Shown: positions 29,501 to 43,585, counted from the first letter of the stretch. The stretch: 64,000 nt of DNA from Bugula neritina (GCA_964035545.1 OZ037767.1:9186581-9250580); one strand, 5' to 3'. Notes: generated from the sequence alone by a model not told the origin. Numbers and translations are program-made.

Positions 29501-32500
29501 TCTCTTTTTATTCTTCTATACATTTTTATTTAATTCACTTTACATACCAATAAAGTTTCATGTACATACTTTTGCTCAGATTCTCTCCTTATTATTTGTA
29601 GTGATCACAGCCACATAATAAATTTATCACAAAAAAGTTATTTTGCGAAATCAAGTTGATAACTTAAATATAATCACCTGTTCGAGTGCCCCAGCTATCA
29701 GCAGTATAATAGTAGCAGGCCCTAGTATAGATGATATGAAGATGAAAAGTTGGTAAAGAATATACAGCATGGATATTGAACTGTTCTTCTTCACTGTCTG
29801 TCTCCAGCTGGTCAACAGGTCCAAGATATTAGCCATAGTTGACGGACCCCATCTCCGTCTCTGATTAAAAAACTCCTGGCAAAAGAGAGTTTCTGTGCTA
29901 GTTAGTCAGTGATTAAATATCGTGTATTGTTAGGTTCATCATATGTTATTTATGCTATTATATGCCTAAATGCTTTTATATGCCTATATACTAATATAAC
30001 ATGCTTAAATGCTGTTATATGCTTACATATTATTATATGATTATATACTATTACATAGCTATATGTTATTATATGCTTTACACTTGACAAACTTTATAAA
30101 TCTAAATTTATCAGCACCAATTAATCGTAATTTACTTTAAAAATTACCTTGAAATCCTCAGGGGCATACGTGAAGGCATCAGAGGCTGCGACATATTCCA
30201 CTCTGTAACCTTTTTGTAGCAGCAGCGTACTCAGCCATCTATCCTCACCTTTAGAGAACACATTTATTATTAGCACTTTAGATTTGCTACTATATGCACA
30301 CACCTTCCTACGTTGATACCACATGCACACACCTTGGTAGTACTGATACTACGTACACACACCTTGGTCATACTGACACTACATACACACCTTGGTCATA
30401 CCGATACTACAGACATACACCTTGGTAGTACTGATACTGCATGCACACACCTTGGTAGTACTGACACTCTATACACACACCTTGGTCATACTGACACTAC
30501 ATACACACCTTGGTCATACCGATACTACAGACATACACCTTGGTAGTACTGATACTGCATGCACACACCTTGGTCATACTGATATTGCATACTCACACCT
30601 TGGTAGTACTGATACTGCATACACACACCATAGTAGTACTGATACTACATACACACACCTTGGTAGTACTGATACTACATACACACACCCTGATCATACT
30701 GAACATAATGTCTAGCCTCAGTTGGTTCAGTCGAATAAGTCTTCATCACATTATCATCCATAAGAGCTGAGGCTCTGAACAAGGAGAAACAGCCGGGAGC
30801 ACAGAGGACACATCCCATAACATGCTCTGCAGCCTTCTGAAGCCAGTGGCCTATAGCATACTCGAACCTCTGGTACCACACCATCGGTCCTGTGTCAGCA
30901 GACAGCATAGTTTTATGTATGTAGATGTCAATAATGAATTAGAAAAATACTCTATATGTATAGTAGCAAAATATATTGAATTTACGAAATTACTGCTGCA
31001 CTTTTATTAGGAGACACTCAATGGTGTCTTCAAGTTTCAACAGAATGATTTAAAGTATATTTGCTATATATTCAGGTCTTAGAATTACTTTGAAGAGGTA
31101 AAAACAGTGTGAGATTGACAAACTAATAATGCAGCATGTGAAGGCATATCGTACCTGTGCCAATGGGGTGAATTCGTCCACAGACTACTCCAACTTTTTC
31201 ATTTTTCCTCAGCCTATCAACCAGCAGCTGAAGAGCTTCAGGTTTAAAGTCCACATCTCCGTCCAATGCCAATAAGAATGTATTTTCATTCTGCAAGTTA
31301 TTGACAGCTAGATAGTCAATAAGTCTTTGACTGGGACATAAGACTTCTCAATACTCAAGGTTAACAAATGAAGTGTTTAATAGTACAGGAGATAGGTGCA
31401 GTAATAAAGAAATTGAGAAAAGCCTGTGTTCTAGATTAAAAATGTAGCAAAAGCAGTTATGTTCTCGTGAGAATTTCAACCCGCGCCTCAAACCAAAATT
31501 TATTAATGAAATTAAAGAATTTAGGCTATCTCAATTTCTCCACTACTGCTCCTAACTGAAGTACAGGCTGTCCAACAAGCCATACCTTAGCAATGGCGGA
31601 CTCTGGCATTCGTCTGAATATCTCCGCTCTCTGCTGGTGTTTCTTGCACGATGTCTGCGGAGTATCACTGAGCTCTACGTCTCCTAAATTTTTGAAGCCC
31701 AGCAAGTAGTACATGTACATAATCTGAAACAGTGACCATATTTTCAAGTATAATGCTACACTGTTAAGGCTGCAATAGTTACACAGCACCTAATGTTTAG
31801 TAGCCATTGAAGCCCTTACAATATTTTACTAATATAGTTATATATCAAACAGATTAACCCATTTTCCTTGCCAAATGCTTGCATTTCACTCTTGCACACC
31901 CACCCTTCTACCTACCTGTTGCTGATATACATCTGGTCATTTTATGACAGAGGCAGCCAGCTAATAGGCAATTGTTAGGACTTATGGCTTATGCCAGTTC
32001 ATCTGTAGCAGGAGAGGATAACTTACTCTGTTGGATTGATTGACAGAGGGAGGGGTGAAGGGGAGGATGAGAGGAGAGGGGAGGGGGAGGGGCTTACCCT
32101 GTTTCATATAATATTTCAAAAATACTACAAACATTTCAACAGCCCTGATAAATTTTGCTAATTTAGCAAGTATGGCCTCCCTCTAACTTATTTTATCTTG
32201 TAAAGATAATATTATCTCCGAAATATTGAAATGTCATAAGAAATAATTGATTTGTCTACATTGAACTATTTAAAATGTATATTCCTTTTCACAGTATGAC
32301 TAGTATTGGCAGATAGTTTGCTCTCCCGGTGAATGTTTGAAAAGCTTTTTTTCAGTTTAGTTGCAAATTTGGTACAGCTATTATGGTATTTAGTAAAGGT
32401 ACCATATATACATATTTACTTGAGTTTTCAATGCAATTTATTCAATATATAAGTTACATCTTACCTGAGACCAGCGCTTGCGGTGCCTTATCTTGTTCTT

Positions 32501-33959
32501 GTCTTTCAGGTGAACAACCATTTTATTATCTCCTGGTAGGGTGTAGATTAGCTTACCACCGTATGGCGTCACTATTTTAACAGGTGGAGCCAACTTCACC
32601 GCTCTTTTGTAAAGGGAACTGAAACCAAACAGTCTAACGATATTATTTGTAACTAATATTGTGTTGTATATTACATTGCATGCAAATTATGTTTGTAATA
32701 ACTACCAATATGAAATAGTTATCAACTATTTGTGTTTTCATTTTAAAACTATATATTAAAAACTACATTAGAGCTCTATGAAATTTTGTTTTTATTTAAC
32801 ATAATGCTGTGCCGAATTTACATTAAATGAACAGAATGCTATTAATTCAGCACAGAATAGCATGATGAGAGTTGTCCCACCTTGCTGCCGAGTTCACTGT
32901 CTTCACAAAGTTTATGACAAACTCATTCAACGCCCAGTCATTCTTCTGTGACAGCTTCATAGCATCATCAAACATGATATGAACTTCAAAATCATAATAG
33001 TCTGGGTGGGTTGAACCACCCCCAAACTCGTTCAGTATTTTATTAGAGTTTCTTTTAGTTGCCTGGTCCTCATCCAACCTACAAGTAGTAATAGTGGTAA
33101 CTTGTCAATTCCAGCAGATTTGATTTCTTTACGATCTCCACTTAGAACTGCAACCTATTGCATAATGCTTAGAAGGCGTGTTGTAGCCTTTTATTATATA
33201 AACCATTTTGCTGCATGTTTTTCTCACTAATCATAATAAGCTTAAAATATTGGCCTAAATTTGGTGTATATTTATAAAATAGAGTTGCATGTGTCACGCC
33301 TTTTACTAAGAATCTCACAATTAAATCACTGACAATGCTTTTTTCTTAGCTATCTCAAACATTTAAAAAAATGCATGAAATTAGAGGCTATTAAACTTGT
33401 TGTCTTCTACATTTAAGTAACTTGGCTTTACTTTTTCTTACTAACCAAGTCACAAAACTCTAGAAAGTACTAATGGTTTTCTATTGTACCCATTTCTCAG
33501 TACCTGAAAATGGATTTTAGCATCTGTAGCATCTCATTCTTGGTTTCATGCCACATTGTGGCACATACATATATCATAGGTGTAGCAGTTGCGTTATCGT
33601 TGTTGTTATTTGTAGAGTGACCTTGAAGGTGAAGGTCACAACATGGTTTGTTCATCCGTCTATTATCCCTTGATCTGTTGTAGGCCAGAGACTGCTCCAA
33701 GTGAACTGCACAATAGTTGGGGAGGGCAAACAAGCTGCATAACAAACACAAAGTGTAACATTAGGACACAATGCTATTGTAGCAGTAGTAAAATTAACAC
33801 TTGTCTATTTTAATATAGGTGTTTGGAGAGTATCAATAGTCAATGTAAAAGTAGTGTGGTAACATCATATGATTATTAATGCAGACAACCAACATATGCA
33901 TGTGTGGCATATACATTGATATATAGCTGATGTTTACAATATCTTTATTGGGAAACATA

Positions 33960-34006
<47 letters not shown>

Positions 34007-37000
34007 GGCCTTACTTTTCTACAAGCTCTAGTCGAATATTCTTAGGCATCCATAAGTGTCGAGTAATAAAGACTTGTGACACGTAAAGCATTGCCACTCC
34101 AACAATGATAGTGCCATAGTCCTGGAATATGTTTCCAGCAGGTAGAGATATTAGAGGTACAGCAGACAGTATGTCTGGGACTACACCGGATAGCAATGCT
34201 GACAGCAGCACTACTAAGGGGGTGTGAAGGGTCACTGGTGTAGCGTAACTAAACTACAAAACATATAGTTTAACCTGTATAGTACTCAGCAAGGGGCTAT
34301 GGCTTATGTATAGTAATAAAATAAAAGAAAAAAAGTCAACTATGAACGTGCACACATCAATTCTGCATCCCCTACCAGTGTTGCATACTTCATGTATTTC
34401 ATGTGGTCAGTGCAAAGCCAATTCATTGTATAGTCAACATGTTCGAAGGTAAATGCAAGTAAATATATTTTATAATAAACTTCGAATACTCACTCGCTGC
34501 ATGAGAAGTTGGGAAGTTGTATAAGCAAAGTAGAAGGTCAATAGAGGACAGACAATGAAGATGATGAGAGGAGTGTATGTAGAAACCAATCTCCAATCTG
34601 CTGAAACAACAAACACTATTTAAATGTTATTTAAAGTTAGGTTAATAAACCTAAACTTCTAATTCTCCTCTGCTACCTCATTTCAAGGTAGGTGCAGAAA
34701 TGGAGAAATTGAGAAAAGTCTGTGTTCTAGATTAAAAATGTAGTATAAGAAGGTATGTTCTCACAAGACTTTCAATCGCCACCCCAAACCAAAATTCAAT
34801 AAGAAAACTAAAGAACTTAGGCTATCACAATTTCTCCGCTACTGCTCCTATAAATGCTTCTTTCTTGAGCCACAAACATTTATAAACTTTTATAAATAAC
34901 ATGTCCATAGATGACACATTTAAGTAAAGACTTAGCAAAATAAAAGCAGAGTCAGCACCTGAATGAGATGACGTAAGAGAGTTAAAGACAGCGTGAGCTG
35001 ACCCCAACTCAGGAACTAACGCAAACGCCATTCCAAAAGTCAGTGCAATCTTCATAGCTGAGATGACCAGGTACAGCTTTTGACGTCCTTCGTTCTGACT
35101 CACTCTCAACTTCTCCACAAGAGTTGAAAATCTTTTTAGTGAAATTTTGGAACTGAAAGTGTGGCTTGGTAGATAGTTTGCGATGTTTTGAGTGGAAATT
35201 AACAATCCCGAGGTGACAGGCTCCCAGCTTAGACCTGCGTGAGAATATTAAAGTAAAAATGTCATATTCCATTCTTTATATCAATATTTAATTATTGTTT
35301 ACCATATGATAACTAAAATGTTGCTATTTTGCAAGTATATAACTTAGATCTAAATTAGAAACCATGTGTCTTATTCTATATTATAGACAGTATGAAATAT
35401 GATGATAATATCTAAGATGGACTTCGGTCATAAATTAGATCTTTCTTTGGAATTGTAATTTATATGATAGTTAACATGTCATGATACATTGCATACAGTT
35501 CTTTTTGACATGCAATACAGAGTGTTGTGTTATAACATTACATCATTCAAACTGAACCTGAATTTCTCTGTTCAAATAACATATGGATAAGACCACAACA
35601 CTATAATATTCATACACAAAGCACTCATCTTACACATATTAGGATATGATAGCTTCTATTTCAAGGTTACTGACTTTACCAACCATGCTTTTTATGAAGC
35701 AGCACACTTAGTCCAATAAGGCCAGAGATCTGTAGAACACAGGCTAAAGCGTCAAGTATTAGGAATACAATAGCTTTAGCCCGGGGTCCCTCTCGATTAC
35801 CACTAAATATGTGTAAGAAAGCAGGCATCATCCCTACTGCAGAGAACACAACAGAAGACTCTACTATAGTCAGCTTGGGGAGGATTCTCCAGAGCAGAAT
35901 GGACAGACCGATAGTATGTAGAGCCTCCACAACGGTGCTCTACAGCAAATTACATGTAATTATCAATCATTTGAAATAATTAAGTAGTGAAATATGTACA
36001 CAATATACTTACGCTTATATTTTAGTTTGTTTACAAATAGGAAAGGGTGTTTTAACTGGATATACTAATTTTTACACAATTTTTGTGAAATTTCTTGCTC
36101 TAGTTTATTAAGTTGTGCTTGTTTAAACAACTTAGTATTTTGATTGTTATATTTTATTCCAATTTAAAACTTGGTTTTTCTCGTGGGACATTAAATGCGA
36201 AATTTATATAATGTTTCGTTAGGCAAAGAACGTTTTAATAGAATTTTTTCAAGACCACAATTATACTTGTAATTAACTAATATTTTAGCGCAGGGTGATG
36301 TTAACTCACGTATACAACACTTCCAATGGAAGGATTTGGCCGTTTTCCAAACGCTACTTTGCTGAGCATCTGCAAGAAAGTCCAAATGTAAGGGGAGATA
36401 ACACCGAATACCAGGAGATACACCCAGCCATCTCTTTGTAGTCTGAGGACACTGGGAGGAGCTACCTGCAAATGTTATAGTTACAGTAACATATGCATAG
36501 TATCTAAAGTTATCCATGTTGAAACTCATGCAAATGGTTTTACTCACTTTTGCAAGCTTTGCAGTTTTCATTACCAGGTTTTCTCATTCAATGACTTATA
36601 CATGTAATCTTATCTCTTTGAAGAGTAAATATAGCAGTATAATGCTGCTTCAAAGAGCCACTTCTATGTTGAAATAAGAGGCCTTCAGTTTAGCAGATAA
36701 CATGCTGTGTCCTGGATATAGTTGCTTGGCAATGAGCCAACTAGACCTATACAACTCAATTTTATAGTATCTAAACCAAAAACTGTATAATTTGAGTAAA
36801 GCCAAGTAGCCCCTCCTCCCATCCCCACATTCCAATAGCCCTACAACATTCTAGTTAAATCTTTTGTCAGCCCATTCTTTTTAAATACATAACTTAGTTA
36901 TAATGCTTTGATTGGTTATCTAGTTGTAATGCCTTCATTCCCTAACCTGCTATTACACTCATATCTAGTTCTGTGTAGTAATTTATAGCTGAAACCAATT

Positions 37001-37880
37001 ATAAGAGATACTTTGTTTTACTTCAGCCTCAGATGTAGTAGAAAATCCGGCATTGTTTCTATATGCAACCAGATAATGGAAGGAATTTTATATATACGAG
37101 TGATGTGTGGTATAGAAGGCTATCGATGTTAACAGTTTACTATCTATTCAAGTGTCAAAACCATCTCTATGGAACTGGTGGACTGAAAATCTGAGGAGTT
37201 GTCACTCCATGAACATTATTTTTCTCTAATTTATACATGTCCTGATAATAATGAAAACTTACCATAGATGTTTCCGTTGACGACATTGTGAAATTCTCAC
37301 TTTCTGTTGGGTGTGAGGTCCTTAACAAGCTTTCAAACGAGCCAACTTTGTTGGCCAAAACTAGAAGAGCAATGCGGGTGGTCAACAGACCCCCCAAAAT
37401 AAGAATGAAGAAGAAAATATAGAGTAAAATCTTCAGCAGTTGTGTGGCCACGACTACGAGGCTAGAGTAAGATGAGCTAGATTCCTCATTATCTGGTATA
37501 TTCTGGAACTGGTCCCAAAACTCTTCACTAAATCATACAATAGTATGCATAAATATTACATATACTAAAATAGTATGCAAAAGTATTACATATACTAAAA
37601 TAGGGTGCATAAATATTACATATACTAAAATAGTGTCTACATGTACAAGTGTGCTTTATTTTTTCTATTCTTTATCTTTAATTTTATTATATAAAGATGA
37701 TTAAGTTATTACATATCTTAATATGTTAATTAAATGTATTATAGTTTTATGCTAGACAAGCTCTCATTAGACGTACCGTTCTGGTACTTCATCTACGCTA
37801 GGCTGTCCGAAGCTGCTGTTCTGGTTGTGTATATTCTTAAGTAGAGGTTTCCTACCAGGTGATGACAACTCTGGGTCCAT
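23510..37880 (-). CDS. CHS: Chitin synthase (metazoan GT2 family), ~1402 aa, no myosin motor domain visible
   Basis: 23 exons summing to 4209 nt in frame, 5' to 3': 37880-37777, 37527-37263, 36465-36310, 35939-35684, 35234-34959, 34597-34494, 34253-34015, 33734-33504, 33078-32881, 32618-32465, 31723-31586, 31290-31155, 30889-30689, 30248-30148, 29875-29678, 27229-27013, 26767-26496, 25777-25626, 25318-25163, 24899-24764, 24633-24525, 24248-24044, 23714-23510. Signature motifs present: [65 protein letters not shown]. The start ATG is the least certain coordinate. Confidence 0.95.
25376..25543 (+). mobile_element. MITE family A copy 2, in a chitin synthase intron
   Basis: TAGATGCAGAAATGGAAGAATTGGGAAAAGCC...TTCTAGATTAGAAATGTAGCAAAAGAAG...TCTCAATTTCTCCACTACTGCTCCTA; ~26-bp imperfect TIR with TA at both ends. 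Confidence 0.8.
28498..28642 (+). mobile_element. MITE family A copy 3, in a chitin synthase intron
   Basis: TAGGTGCAGTAATGGAGAAATTGAGAAAAGCC...CTTAGGCTATCTCAATTTATTCACTACTGTTCCTA; short internal deletion relative to the other copies. Confidence 0.8.
30298..30702 (-). repeat. 28-30 bp minisatellite (~14 units) built from the chitin synthase exon end plus 5' splice site
   Basis: Sense unit CAGTA(T/C)(G/T)ACCAAG|GTGTGTGTATGTAGTAT versus the real junction CAGTATGATCAGG|GTGTGTGTATGTAG; a ~118-bp higher-order block is duplicated. Confidence 0.92.
31393..31554 (+). mobile_element. MITE family A copy 4, in a chitin synthase intron
   Basis: TAGGTGCAGTAATAAAGAAATTGAGAAAAGCC...TTAGGCTATCTCAATTTCTCCACTACTGCTCCTA. 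Confidence 0.8.
33957..34003. repeat. (TA)n microsatellite
   Basis: Direct read; about 10 nt into a chitin synthase intron from the donor. Confidence 0.95.
34687..34849 (+). mobile_element. MITE family A copy 5, in a chitin synthase intron
   Basis: TAGGTGCAGAAATGGAGAAATTGAGAAAAGTC...CTTAGGCTATCACAATTTCTCCGCTACTGCTCCTA. Confidence 0.8.
37538..37635. repeat. 30-bp tandem repeat (~3 copies) next to a chitin synthase acceptor
   Basis: AATAGTATGCATAAATATTACATATACTAA x3. Confidence 0.85.
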
Positions 37881-40800
37881 CTGTATGTAATCATTACTGG
37901 ATACAGAGTTGCCTTGTGTGTCTGTCAGGTTTGGCCTGATATAAACATGTTATATAATATATTAAGAACAAATGAGTCTAAATAAAGTTTAAAAATATGC
38001 TATATTATCATTTGTTACCCTATGTTGTAATATACTATAACATAGTACAACACTTATGCATAACAAACTATATATAGTATAATGCATATACATTATACTA
38101 TATATACAAGATACATTTATATATATATACATATAACACGTCACACACAGTATATTACATTGTCCAGCAATTTCAACCTTTAGTTACACTTGAGTAAGCA
38201 CAACACCATTAAAATATTATATAAGCTTGTATAGCATTTCCAGGACAGTATGCTACAAATGCAACAATTTAAATTTGTGCAGTATTTGATTTTTACATAA
38301 TTTAGTTTATCATATAAAACTGTTAAGGCACAAGTCCAACAAAGCATGATGTTTCATCATGTGAATGTATTTAGATGCTGACCTTAAGTCACGTGACCTC
38401 TCTGAAACAGCATGTTGAGGGCATTTTCTGGGCCTTTTCATAAAACTAGGCCATGGAATCTTATCATGTATAAAAAGCTGTTGGCTTAATGGGACTAACA
38501 TGGTTATGATACATACACTTTGGCTTTGCATCAACTTTACAAAATATTATTGAGTTTTGTGACTACATTGCTATAGAAAATGAGTAGACGACTCTCTGAA
38601 TAAAGATAACATGAGTAGAGCACAATACCACCACTAATCTGGTTACACAATACACTCTTTAATGAATTGTCTTTAATTGTTTGACTTAAAGCAGAAAAAT
38701 ATTTCTGTCTGCTCTTGCATATGGGAAGTATTAAAACTTAAATACTTCCTGTGACCTTGTACCAAGATCACATGATTTCATATAACTTCCTGTGTGTACA
38801 CACTGTCACCTGATTTAATGCGTGGCCAATGCTTATGAAATCTTGCTATCAAGAGTACAGCTCATTACTCACAGTTGCAAGCAATGATAAAGCATAAATT
38901 ACTACTTCAAATATTGAGTGAGCAAATATTGCCAATTGATGGGTGTGCGTTGCTGTAAGAGAGATAAATATGTAAGTTAATGCCAAAACTTGCCTTGCAG
39001 TTTTGCTGCTGCCATTCTCTGCAAAGGCCACACCAGCATTACCAGTGGTTGCCATAGCACCAGTCAATTACTACAAAATATCAACAAACTGGTGGATTGC
39101 TCATGCAGCTTTCATGCAGCTGCCAATGTGTGTTTAGCTGATGTCGCAATTATTGCATGCTGTTACTAAATACAATAGATTGCTATTGCAACATGGGGTT
39201 CACAAAGGAGCTAAATGCTTCTTTTCTTTGCAATTAAAAAATTATGCCTATTAAGCTAATTTGTTCCACTCTAGTATTTAAACATAATTGAACAATGTTA
39301 CGTCTAGCCATGCATAACAGTACTGCTTGCATTCCACAATTTCGTTACTTTATAAAAATAATAAACAGCAGGCAATATAGCCACTTCATGCAAGTTTAAC
39401 ATGGTAATACTCCTAGTTGTATAAAGTTCTCAAACACAGTAGTCCTTGTTAACACAATACTTATTAAGGTATCACAGTAGTATACTAATATATTATATAA
39501 TACAAAAACTAGTAAGATAAATCATGTTATAGGCTGTCAGATAAGGTTATATAATGTAAAATTTACGAGAATACTGGTTTGCAACCTATATAAAGCTGTT
39601 AACTACGTACTTAAGAAGTTTAAACCAGCAAAATCTAAAATCATACAGTCTGTTTAAAACGCTCTGTAGAAGTCAAAATACTTACTTGAAATTTCTATGT
39701 GGAATCAGAATGGAATTCCAGGCTAAAACCACGTCTTGGCAAAGAGTTGAACAGAGCTACAATGAGTGTGTAAATGTGACCAAATGTATTTATATATGTT
39801 AGATTGTGATACTTTATACATGTTGAACATGAGTTGACTTCTTATCAAATTATTACCAAAACATAAATTATAACACATGATCCATTGATTGGGTTTCAAT
39901 GTTCTTAACAATAAAATGATGTCAAATAATGACGGCTCGTGACATGATGAGCATTTTTATAGACTTAGTTTGTAAATTGTCTGTTAAGTAGAATTTTATG
40001 AAGCAAACACCCTTCCTACTGGTTTTCGTATCAATAATAACTGCCAGTAGCTATCATTTCTATCATTGCTTAAAACTTTCTGTCATAGCTGTGAGTCATT
40101 TGTTTGACCCAGACTCCAAGTCTTTGTCATACAGTCATTCTCTCCTCCCACTCCTAATTATTATAAATAAAAAACCAACCCACGCTTTGGAAGGATCATA
40201 TGTCATTATAGTATACATTTTATATATAATTCAATATGATTTACTTTATCTTTGTTTAATGAAATACATAATGATTTTTTTATCTTTTTGCTAATATAAC
40301 ACACATTATTATAATGTGCATTAGTAATAGGGCAATACAATGTTTAATGCAGAAAATATAGGCTATAAGTAACAAACCTAAAAGACATACTTCAGTGAAA
40401 GGCATTAGTAAGTATTTACAGCTACATTAAAATTCCAACTTCAATTAGCTATACTCAAATGTTTAGTCCAGAAAATTTTCTTTGCATGGGTACTGTTAAC
40501 AAATTTGCACAGCCGTAAAAGGAATTTTATTGAATAAATCAATGCTGCATGTTTTTAGCGGGTGAAGTTTAGGTGCCGATAAATGTTTTTATTCTTTATT
40601 GCTTTATTTTTTTGTGATAACCATAGCAATTAAAGCTTAGATGAAGCTGTTTATTTGTGCTTAGATTTGAATGTTAGGCTCATATAAGTAAATTAACTAT
40701 GCCTTTTAAGACGGGTTTTTCTGCTAAATATTCGAAACTATAAAATTGTAGATTGGTTGAGTAGTTATCATATTAGATGCTGAATTAACTTGTAATAAGC

Positions 40801-43524
40801 TACAGGGAATGACATAATTTATTGATTCCAAATAGCTGCACAGCTTGACCCATACATGCTATTATAATGGAACATGGAACAGGAGACCCTGTAACTTGTA
40901 TAGCTTGTGAAATTTGAATGCAGCTAACGGTGTATAAAAGGCCTTATTTCTTTTGTGTGTGGAGGTTTGTAATTTCAAAGTGATCTATAGGCATATATAT
41001 TTTAGCAAAACTGTAAAGGCACACTCTTACCTAGCCAGTGTTCTATTGTCTTACCTACCAGCCGGATAATGGGTGTTCCTTTGTTTTTTGCTTTGACTAC
41101 TCTATACTTTTTATACTACACAAAGTCAATGTCATCTCTGATTATTCATAATAAAACAGAAAACTGGTGTTGGTTAAAGTCAGTTACTAGAAGGTGGAGT
41201 CTCAATCCTGATTCTCCGACACCATTTTCTTCCAGCTTTCTCCTTGACCCTTGTATAACAGCAGTGTAAAATAAGGATGACCCCTCTAACTGCTACACAG
41301 TCAAACCTCAATTTGAATTTTTTTTGTAGAAAATATTATTATGCAAATCCTCATTTACAAAAGAGATTAGGCAGGTCTTTTATTTGAACAGATTATATAA
41401 AAATGCTAGTTATGAGGAATGCCATGGTGTTGTGTATCCAATATCCTTAAGGAGTTGTGAGCATCATGTTAATTTCTGTTGGGTTTTAGCTTATACTAAA
41501 GATTTTCATTTATTTTAACAATATATTTTGAGTTTACTTGTTACAGAGATGTTATTGCTACGCATATAAATATAGAGGGATTTAACACAATATGCTGCTG
41601 CTTTTCTGGTGGCTGTCGTTGTAGCAGTTGGAAACTTTTATGTATTTATAAAAGCAGTTATCCAAATAAATGTGCTTTTACCAACTCCATGTGTTACTCA
41701 GCAACAAAAGCATAACATATTTTATTCTACTGCACCAACATCTTACACTTGAAAACACCAGTCAACTTTTCAAAATGCTTTACAAAAGAACTAGAGTTAC
41801 CTGTTTGATAAAAACTAACTACAATGGGCACCTCTTTGTGTATCACGTAATAATATTACACCTGTATGTGGTATGCTGTTTTTATATAAAACAACAGCAA
41901 TTTAGGTTACAACCTATTAGTTAGTGATAAAAAATGTCAAAGCAGGTTGCAATGCTCTACAATTCTGTTGTTGAATGAATATATAGAATTATTTAAAACT
42001 GTTTCAAAAGGAATCAAGGTAAGTAATATATAGCATTGGCAGGTATGTGCACGAATGTTGCTACTAATGCAAATATATCTTATAAAGCTAAAGTCAACCA
42101 TTTAGAGTTTAGAGTTCAGACTTTAGACAGAGAGTCTAGTGAGTGAGGACAACTCTGTTTGTTGAAGCCGGCTCTTTAGAACATGTTGCATGTAACAATG
42201 ACCATATATGTTAGATGCAGCTAATAAAGTTCATCTATATATAATATGCTATTTTCTATTGGATTGCAATATATAAAATGCATAAAAAATTGTCAATATT
42301 GTTTTCTTCAATATTAAGCTTTTGTTCAACAGCTGATTTTGTAGCTTTTGTGAGAATTCAAAATCAAGTAAAAATAAAGCAAAAGTGTTGGTTTTTATAA
42401 AAAAAATTTCCAATTAATATATATATATACAGTTTTTGCTACAAGAAGATGTAAACCTCATAAAATACGTGGAATTGAATGTACTTCACGTTTAGCTAAA
42501 GATTATGTTAGGGAAATATTGAGGAAATTCATAGCACAGTTGGCAATTGCTTCCTCGTTCTTTAAGATAACTGGAAAGAAGCTTTCAATAAAATCACATG
42601 TTAAAATTTAATTACACTTGCAAAAATACAAACCCAGTTTCTCAACCAATGATTGACTAGAACTAGCACGTGCTTGTATTTGCTCAGTATAAGAAGTTAT
42701 AGCATCGATATTTTAGTCATGGAAGTTATGAGGAAGCGAGGCATGCTGAGCTGTCTTGCTGTCAAGTTATGACTCATCGTAAAACTATGCTGCTCGCATG
42801 ATATACTTATTTTTGGCTTGTGAATATAAGTTTTATCAACACCAGCTGGTGAAGTATGGGAAGAGATGGCTGACCCTGGTCTCTATGCATTAACTGGAAC
42901 CACATGGATGTGCTTGCCATGACTCATGACCTGTAACTCATTCCAAGGTGACTTAGACAGCGACTTAGACAGGAAATAAGTTGCTGCTGCTGCCTAGTTA
43001 TGAGTAATTCTAAAAGTCTTCACTTTATTTTTACTCTCCTCAATAGCAAGTTTCTAAACTTCATTCTTAATGTAACATCATATTATTACGTGATTTGCAT
43101 TTGCTGTTACTGGGGATTAGAGCCATGTGATGTTTAGAAATTGTAAGTAAAATTGGTGTTACACAACAAGACATGGAGTTCAAGTTTAATATCAGTTTCA
43201 ATCCATGTGCAATACAAAATTATTGCCCTCCATAAACTAACTCCCATATAAGTTTGTTCAACAAAGCAGCTAGTGGCCACTTTATTATTTATGTTAACAG
43301 TGTGTAATAGTGGAATGTGTGAATGGCTGAACAAAACAATGGCAAACAAATAATTAAGGTTTTAACCAATCAGCTTAGGTTTTGGCCAGTCACCTTCTAC
43401 TATATATTGGATTAGGCCTATCAACTTCCATCATTTACTACAGAGTTTATAACTTGGCGAGAGATATTTAAAAGAGAAAATTTGAAAAGTGAACTGTGAG
43501 TATAATATGGTGCAGGTGCTGTAA

Positions 43525-43585
43525 CTGTTCCCGCGCCTATATATATATAAATGTTTGGTGTGTGCGCCGCTCGTGTGTGGGATTG
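43525..43585 (+). promoter_or_regulatory. Possible TATA-containing core promoter upstream of the Ras-like gene
   Basis: CCCGCGCC-TATATATATATAAA followed by GTGCGCCGCTCGTG. This is a BRE-like GC element directly before a TATA box, in an isolated CpG cluster ~1 kb before the acceptor at 44563. Confidence 0.35.

Noticed and set aside
30313-30770. Plus-strand HTLV/THLG repeat ORFs
   Set aside because: Antisense translation of the chitin synthase splice-junction minisatellite.
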